A stretch of 64,000 nucleotides of DNA from Candidatus Latescibacterota bacterium (GTDB taxonomy: Bacteria > Latescibacterota > UBA2968 > GCA-2709665), in assembly GCA_965248435.1 (NCBI GenBank), contig OZ252100.1, positions 64,001 through 128,000 on the forward strand, given 5' to 3'. Of this stretch, positions 58,103-64,000 are shown one piece after another. Each line of letters begins with the position of its first letter. The stretch's first letter is position 1. The notes under the pieces are model-generated. The model worked only from the letters and a program-made list of their open reading frames with translations, was not told the origin of the DNA and made no database searches. The position numbers and the translations under genes are program-made.

Positions 58103-58212
58103 CTGTAGTACCCAATGCCAGTTGAGAAAACAGAAATTCATTGATTTACCTCTTGTTATTTCTTAAATTGCGGCTGTCTGTGCGCTGAATTCAGGGCCAC
58201 ATTCTCGAAGGA

Positions 58213-59121
58213 GTGGAATTGGAAACGGTAACATCTCCGCCGGAGTTTAAGCACACCGAGAGGATCGCGGTGAGAACGTGGGACCCACCCAAATCGAAAT
58301 CGTTTGGGACGGTCCTCTCCGGGCTCTGGAAACGGTTGGTCGACCACCATTGCACCGATGTGGCGGGAGAAGCGGCTTTTGATTTTGCTTTTTCTATTTT
58401 TCCCGCAGCCCTGTTTGCTGCCACACTAGCCGGACTGCTCGGGATTACTCCGGAATTCGTTTCGAACTCACTCGACGTAATGGGCATTTTCCTCCACGAT
58501 ACCATTCGAAACATGGTGGAAGACAACGTGCGGTCGCTCGTCGAGAGCAGCTCACAGCAGGTTCTGACGATAGGACTTCTGGGTGCCGTCTGGGCGTCGT
58601 CAAGCGCGATCTCCGCCACGCAAAAGGCGATGAATCGGGCTTACGGGATCAAGGAGACGCGTTCATTCCTCTACAGAAGAACACAATCCCTGGGCTTGAT
58701 GCTGGGCGTGGGTTTGGCCATGGTGATAGCCTTTAACCTCCTTGTCATGGGGACCTGGATTGAAACCGAACTCCTGGTGAGGCTAAGACTCCAGGACGTA
58801 CTTCCCTCGCTGATTTCGTATACAAAGTGGCCCCTCGGTTTTCTGAGCGCGATTATGATGGCCGGACTGATCTACCGCATGGCTCCGAACTGCCGTCCCA
58901 GGCTCAAAGAAGTCCTTCCAGGAGCCGTGTTCTTTTCAATCTTGTGGTTTTTTCTTTCGAAGGCGTTCGGAAGCTATGTGTCCAACTTTGGCTACTATAA
59001 CAAGGTTACGGGCGTTCTGGGCGTTTTCATCGTTTTGCTGCTTTGGATCTATCTCACTGCCCTGATCCTGCTCATCGGAGGTGAGTTGAATGCCGAATTG
59101 AGCCATAAAGAGGGCCAGTGA
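58213..59121 (+). CDS. YihY/BrkB-family membrane protein
   Basis: SIFP, AMNRAY, PGA, LLWIY...GGELNA. Confidence 0.9.
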   Translation: MELETVTSPPEFKHTERIAVRTWDPPKSKSFGTVLSGLWKRLVDHHCTDVAGEAAFDFAFSIFPAALFAATLAGLLGITPEFVSNSLDVMGIFLHDTIRNMVEDNVRSLVESSSQQVLTIGLLGAVWASSSAISATQKAMNRAYGIKETRSFLYRRTQSLGLMLGVGLAMVIAFNLLVMGTWIETELLVRLRLQDVLPSLISYTKWPLGFLSAIMMAGLIYRMAPNCRPRLKEVLPGAVFFSILWFFLSKAFGSYVSNFGYYNKVTGVLGVFIVLLLWIYLTALILLIGGELNAELSHKEGQ

Positions 59122-59272
59122 GCAAGACGAACTCCCATTTTCTAAAAGCTCGTGAACCTGACGCTTCTAACCCACCTCATCCCGGCCTCCAGTCGGGATT
59201 TCATTTTTTTTGTGGGCATGATGCGTCGATCAAAGCCTGCACCCATTCCTATCCTCCACCCCGCGTGAGATC

Positions 59273-60046
59273 ATGACCGGATTGTTTCATTTTCTCGGCT
59301 ATCGATTGTTCCGGTTCTTCGGCCAGATCTACCAGATGTATCGGTATTTCCTGAGATGTTTGAAGGTACTTCGCCATGTCTATTTCTACCGGCGGCAGGT
59401 CGTAGACCAATGCTACACGATCGGCGTAGGCTCTCTGTCTCTCGTCTGCCTGGTTTCAGCCTTCAGCGGGATGGCTGTGTCGATTCAAATGGCATACCAG
59501 ATGGAAGCGTATGTGCCGGATTACATGGTTGGGAGCATTGTGGTTCGTTCGGTCGTGCTTGAACTCGCTCCTGTACTTATGGGCCTCGTGCTTGCGGGTC
59601 GAGTGGGCGCTGGTATTGCGTCTGAGATAGGTACCATGAAGGTCTCAGAACAGGTGGACGCCCTGACCTCTCTCGCCGTAGATCCCGTTGGGTATTTGAT
59701 GATGCCCAGGCTGCTTGCGGGACTGGTGATGATTCCCGTTCTTGTAGTTTTTTCCAGCTTTGTGGCGATCTGCGCCGGGTTCATCATGGCGATTGTGAAG
59801 ATGGATATCAGCATCTTCAATTTCATAAAGGGCATGAAACTCGATTTCCAGGCATATGATGTTGTTGTCGGATTGGTGAAGGCGACCGTTTTTGGGGGAC
59901 TGATCGCCTTCGTAGGCTGCTTCGTGGGTCTTGAGACGGAAGGCGGCGCCCAGGGCGTGGGGCGGGCCGCGACGACGGCCGTGGTGATTTCTTCTGCGCT
60001 CATTCTGATATTGGACTATTTTTTGACCCATGCGTTACTCTACTAA
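59273..60046 (+). CDS. mlaE: MlaE-family ABC permease
   Basis: ELAPVL..AGRVGAGIASEIGTMKVSEQVDAL, GGAQGVGRA. Confidence 0.93.
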   Translation: MTGLFHFLGYRLFRFFGQIYQMYRYFLRCLKVLRHVYFYRRQVVDQCYTIGVGSLSLVCLVSAFSGMAVSIQMAYQMEAYVPDYMVGSIVVRSVVLELAPVLMGLVLAGRVGAGIASEIGTMKVSEQVDALTSLAVDPVGYLMMPRLLAGLVMIPVLVVFSSFVAICAGFIMAIVKMDISIFNFIKGMKLDFQAYDVVVGLVKATVFGGLIAFVGCFVGLETEGGAQGVGRAATTAVVISSALILILDYFLTHALLY

Positions 60047-60070
60047 CCGCCTTGGAACGGTTCCGGGGGC

Positions 60071-60817
60071 GTGATGACTAAAAACGGTGCAGCAATCGTA
60101 TTCGAAAATGTCTACAAGGAATTCGACAACAAAGAGGTTCTGAGAGGCTTGGATCTAAAGGTTGGATGGGGGGGTGTGACGACGATATTGGGTCCAAGCG
60201 GCTGCGGAAAGAGCGTAACGCTCAAGCACGTCATCGGGATTCTCAAGGCCGAAAGGGGGCGTGTGGAGGTTGCGGGCTACGACATGAACGTGATCAAAGA
60301 GAACGAACTGATGGATCTTCGCAAGCGCATCGGCGTGCTCTTTCAGTCATCGGCGCTTTTCGATTCCATGACCGTCAAGGAGAATATCGCTTTCGGGCTC
60401 AGGATGCACAGAAAGATGGACGAAAGGGAGATATCGGAGCGGGTCCAGATCTGCCTGAACGAGGTCGGATTGGAGGGTGCCGAGGAGATGATGCCGGTGG
60501 ACCTGTCGGGGGGAATGCGAAAGCGCGCTGCCCTGGCCCGGGCAATTGCCCTTTCCCCTGATTTCGTTCTTTACGATGAGCCCACGACCGGTCTGGATCC
60601 AAGGACGGCTAACGTCGTGGCCGAATTGATCGTTAAACTTCAAAGTGATCTGGACATTACCTCCGTGGTCGTGACCCACGACCTCGAAGTCGCAAAGAGA
60701 ATCTCCGACGACATCGCACTGCTTTATGAAGGCCGGATTGCCGCACAGGGGCCGCCCGAGGAACTGGAAAGAGGAGAAAATGAAGTCTATAAGCTCTTCG
60801 TGTCTGGCCAATTATAG
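60071..60817 (+). CDS. mlaF: MlaF-family ABC ATPase
   Basis: GPSGCGKS, LFQSSALFDSM, LSGGMRKR, LYDEPTTGLDP. Confidence 0.92.
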   Translation: MMTKNGAAIVFENVYKEFDNKEVLRGLDLKVGWGGVTTILGPSGCGKSVTLKHVIGILKAERGRVEVAGYDMNVIKENELMDLRKRIGVLFQSSALFDSMTVKENIAFGLRMHRKMDEREISERVQICLNEVGLEGAEEMMPVDLSGGMRKRAALARAIALSPDFVLYDEPTTGLDPRTANVVAELIVKLQSDLDITSVVVTHDLEVAKRISDDIALLYEGRIAAQGPPEELERGENEVYKLFVSGQL

Positions 60818-60838
60818 CAATTGTAGAAGAGGGGGAAC

Positions 60839-61753
60839 ATGGACAGGCGTGAACGTGAAGTCATCCTCGGAGCGATCGTTTTCGTCGCGATCGTGATCGT
60901 GGTGGTGGGGTCGATGTGGCTGTCTGAGCGATTTGCGGGAGCAGCAGGAGGATACCGCCTCGTTGCCACATTCGACTCCGTGTTAGGACTCCATCGGGGT
61001 GCTGAGGTAACCATTCGGGGCGTCAACGTGGGCAAGGTCCTAGAGATCGGCATAGATGGGGGCCGGCCGCAAGTTGTGATCGGCTTCTATAGTATAAGGA
61101 GCTTGCCGAAAGATTCGAAAGTGCTGATGAAGGGGGAGGGCGTGCTTGGAGAACAAAGTATCGAAGTCCAGGCCGGGAGCAGCAGCGAGGTTTTCGCTGA
61201 CGGAGATCGTGTAAGAGGTGCTGCCACAAAGGGGCTGGAGGATATCACGATCCAGGCTGCAGCTATGGCAGATGACCTGAAGCGTGCTGTGGATAAGGTC
61301 GTCAATGAAAAGAATCTCTCTCACATTGAGAATGTTCTGAGTCAAATGGATAGCGCGGCTCTGAGTCTTAAAACGACGCTCGAGGAAAATCGAGAGAGCA
61401 TTTCCCGGGCGATCGATAGCATGGCCCTGGCTTCGGGTCAGGCAAGAGGGATTCTGTCTGACAATCGGGAGGGGATGCAGCAATCGGTTGAAAATCTGCG
61501 TAAGGCCACCGAGAAACTTGCCGTGATGTCTGAAAATCTTCAGGGCGCCTCTGAATCCATGGGAGAGATGTTTGACAATCTGAATGTGGTCACGAAGAAA
61601 CTTCGTGATGGAAAAGGCACTCTGGGGCGACTTCTCCAAGAGGACAGCGTGTATGAAGAGTTGGAGGGAACGTTAGTCTCTGTAGACAGCCTCATCGAGA
61701 ATATAAAGAGGGATCCATCCAAGTACCTTAACTTCCAGTTCAGCATCTTCTGA
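60839..61753 (+). CDS. mlaD: MlaD/MCE-domain protein with a helical extension
   Basis: N-terminal TM helix, GL..GAEV..RGV.VG.V, G.LGE, coiled coil, GTLGRLL. Confidence 0.9.
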   Translation: MDRREREVILGAIVFVAIVIVVVGSMWLSERFAGAAGGYRLVATFDSVLGLHRGAEVTIRGVNVGKVLEIGIDGGRPQVVIGFYSIRSLPKDSKVLMKGEGVLGEQSIEVQAGSSSEVFADGDRVRGAATKGLEDITIQAAAMADDLKRAVDKVVNEKNLSHIENVLSQMDSAALSLKTTLEENRESISRAIDSMALASGQARGILSDNREGMQQSVENLRKATEKLAVMSENLQGASESMGEMFDNLNVVTKKLRDGKGTLGRLLQEDSVYEELEGTLVSVDSLIENIKRDPSKYLNFQFSIF

Positions 61754-61767
61754 GCTCAGGACCTTCC

Positions 61768-62664
61768 ATGAAAATGACAAAGAGCATTTTCCCTATTCTG
61801 ATTTCCTTTGCGTGGGCTTATTCCGCCCAGGCCGGGGACCTGGGCTGGCACAAGTGGACGCAGGATGAAACGATTCAATTCGGCGGATTCGTCTACGAGA
61901 TGAACGCCATCAAAGTCATCGATTCCGGCGATGGGGCTGACAGGCGCGTCGTTTACGGGGACCGATTCGGGAGCATCCGCGTGCTTCGCCTCAAAGATGA
62001 GCGCCTCAACGAAGAATGGGTCAGTGATCCGCTCAGATCGGCTATCATGCAAATTTTCGTGGAAGACATCGATGGAGATGGAAAGCTAGAGATCGTGGCC
62101 TATACAGAGGTTGGAGACATTGCGATATACAAAGCCGATGACTACAAAGTCGTATGGAGTCTCGAACAGGACGAATATGAGAGCATCTCCGCCATGCTGG
62201 TCGAGAATGTTGATGATGATCCACAGTTGGAGCTCGTTTTCTCGGCTGGCAAGCTTGCTGACGCAGAAAATTTCCGACCCGGTCCATCCGGGAATCAGGA
62301 GGAATTGGACCGCGAGCGCGAGATCGCGATCGCGCGACTGTTCATTTTTGATTGCCTGAATCTATTCGTCGAATGGGAGAGTGAGCTAGGTCTGTTTGCT
62401 GAGAGGATGGTCGTGGGGGACCTCGACGCAGACGGAAATCTCGAAGTCGCGCTGAACACTGGTTTCGTAGTGGATCTTAACTACCGCACCGTAGAGTGGA
62501 TCTATCCTGAAGGGTTTGGTCTGGAGATCGGCTATGCGGATGTGGATGCAGACGGTATTCCAGAGTTGATTGGTGAATTCCAGAGTCCCACACCCCCAAG
62601 ACGCTTCCTCAGATTCTTTGACGTGGACCTGCAGGCTGAGAATTTTCTTTTCTCGAGAAGATAG
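61768..62664 (+). CDS. Secreted acidic protein with FG-GAP/VCBS-like Ca-binding repeats
   Basis: Signal peptide; DIDGDGKLEI, DLDADGNLEV, DVDADGIPEL. Confidence 0.7.
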   Translation: MKMTKSIFPILISFAWAYSAQAGDLGWHKWTQDETIQFGGFVYEMNAIKVIDSGDGADRRVVYGDRFGSIRVLRLKDERLNEEWVSDPLRSAIMQIFVEDIDGDGKLEIVAYTEVGDIAIYKADDYKVVWSLEQDEYESISAMLVENVDDDPQLELVFSAGKLADAENFRPGPSGNQEELDREREIAIARLFIFDCLNLFVEWESELGLFAERMVVGDLDADGNLEVALNTGFVVDLNYRTVEWIYPEGFGLEIGYADVDADGIPELIGEFQSPTPPRRFLRFFDVDLQAENFLFSRR

Positions 62665-62670
62665 ACGCCC

Positions 62671-63906
62671 ATGGAACCTCCTCTTGGAGGAAATGGACCC
62701 ATAACTGAAGTGCAGGGTACGGATCGCTTCTTTTTCAGAGTGATCATCCTCGCCTTCATGGCCGTCTTTCTCTATATCCTGAAGGACGAACTGTCACCCT
62801 TGCTGATTGGGGTGACTCTGCTTTTCCTGCTCTTCCTCACGCGCAGGGGCGTAAATTTTGAGCAGGGCGTGGGAATCGTCGTCGGCCTGTTGTTTACCGC
62901 GTGGTTTCTATCCGAAGTTTCTGGGCTGCTCTGGCCTTTTATCATCTCATTTGTGATTGCCTACTTGCTTGCGCCTCTCGTTCACCTGATGGAGAGGCGG
63001 ATCTCTCGGACATTGTCACTCTGTCTCATCGTATTGCTTGTTCTTGGTGGGTTATCTGGTATTGGGGTCATCATTGTCCCGAGGGTAAGTGAAGAGGTTC
63101 GTGAGTTGGTCAACGATTTGCCGGCTTATGGAAGAGCGCTCGGTCGTCTTTATGATAGAGTCGTGTTGCTGATCCAGAACTACGGATTGGGTTTGTCTGT
63201 AGGAGAAATCCAACAATGGTTCATCGAGAAACTACCCGAAGTGGGCAAACTCTTTGCTGATAAGACGACCGAGGCGCTCCGGGGTCTAACATCGGGCATC
63301 GCTGCGCTGCTGAACCTGCTTATGATACCCTTTGTGACCTTTTATGTTTTGAAGGATTATGAAAAGATCAAGGCCGCCTTAAGGGGTGTGCTGCCGAGGC
63401 AGCATTCCGGACAGATCGTTACGGTGATCAACGGTGTGGATGCTGTCCTCGGACAGTATGTGCGAGGACAGATACTCGTCTGTAGTTTTATCGCACTATT
63501 GACGTGTACTGGTCTGGCCGTCTCTGGTATTCGGTATGCGGTGATACTTGGGCTCATGGCGGGCGTGATGAATTTGGTGCCCTACGTCGGGTTGGCCGTT
63601 TCGTTGGGCGTAGCCTCGGTGGTTGCCATGCTGGGTCATGATCCACTCACGGACCTCTTAAAGGTTGTCGCGGTCTTTGTCGTGGTTCAGAGCATTGAGG
63701 GGAATTTTTTGTCACCCAGAGTAGTTGGGAGGCGAGTGGGCTTGCATCCGGCGTGGGTCATGTTCGCGCTCGTCGTCTCGGCCCACTTCTGGGGCTTCAT
63801 CGGCATGTTGATCGCAATCCCCGTCGCGGCTGTCATTAATATCCTCGTAAGCGTGGCGGCAGGTTTTTACTACAGCTCAAAATATTATGGGAGTGCGGCA
63901 GACTGA
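62671..63906 (+). CDS. AI-2E family transporter
   Basis: AYLLAP, YVRGQ, NLVPYVG, QSIEGNFLSPRVVG, GLHP, AIP. Confidence 0.92.
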   Translation: MEPPLGGNGPITEVQGTDRFFFRVIILAFMAVFLYILKDELSPLLIGVTLLFLLFLTRRGVNFEQGVGIVVGLLFTAWFLSEVSGLLWPFIISFVIAYLLAPLVHLMERRISRTLSLCLIVLLVLGGLSGIGVIIVPRVSEEVRELVNDLPAYGRALGRLYDRVVLLIQNYGLGLSVGEIQQWFIEKLPEVGKLFADKTTEALRGLTSGIAALLNLLMIPFVTFYVLKDYEKIKAALRGVLPRQHSGQIVTVINGVDAVLGQYVRGQILVCSFIALLTCTGLAVSGIRYAVILGLMAGVMNLVPYVGLAVSLGVASVVAMLGHDPLTDLLKVVAVFVVVQSIEGNFLSPRVVGRRVGLHPAWVMFALVVSAHFWGFIGMLIAIPVAAVINILVSVAAGFYYSSKYYGSAAD

Positions 63907-63968
63907 CCGGCATGCGTGTAACCTTTTGACAATGAATAGATAACACGTTCGAAACATGGATTGTCTAT

Positions 63969-63997
63969 TTGACATTCTTTGGCCATAGGCCTATAAT
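63969..63997 (+). promoter_or_regulatory. Perfect consensus sigma70 promoter for a transcript beyond the window
   Basis: TTGACA-17-TATAAT. Confidence 0.85.
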
Positions 63998-64000
63998 TAG

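Overview
A gene-dense, moderately GC-rich chromosomal segment from a diderm bacterium. A dockerin/EF-hand-like C-terminal tag, a short RpoD/SigA-type sigma factor and bS22 suggest an FCB-group organism, possibly Ca. Latescibacterota (inference only). I saw no mobile elements, CRISPR arrays or rRNA. In order, it holds: a heat-shock cluster (hsp20-cbpA-clpB) behind a sigma54-type promoter; pyk-mgtE and an internally deleted K+ channel; tamA/tamB; YceI with an Asn-Pro-Cys repeat tail; a GAF-PepSY_TM fusion; a cytochrome c'-like lipoprotein; a broken amidohydrolase; SRAP; and a double-domain UxaA. A ~13.5 kb metal-homeostasis island (23.7-37.2 kb) follows, with three DtxR/MntR paralogues, two distinct Feo systems, ArsR plus a P1B-ATPase, and a di-haem (DHOR) + Rieske + outer-membrane porin operon. 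The rest is envelope and housekeeping genes: a CPA2 pair, hpf, hprK, lysC, ppk2, HU, an unannotated bS22, tRNA-Arg(CCG), a sigma factor, mlaEFD and an AI-2E transporter. Best candidate for a new system: the DHOR-Rieske-porin operon and the second, Mn-type Feo operon have identically built promoters with a TTTAG-N6-CTAAA box at the same offset. This suggests a metal-repressed, redox-coupled uptake pathway. Second candidate: a structured, terminator-containing 5' leader in front of the cation/H+ antiporter pair.
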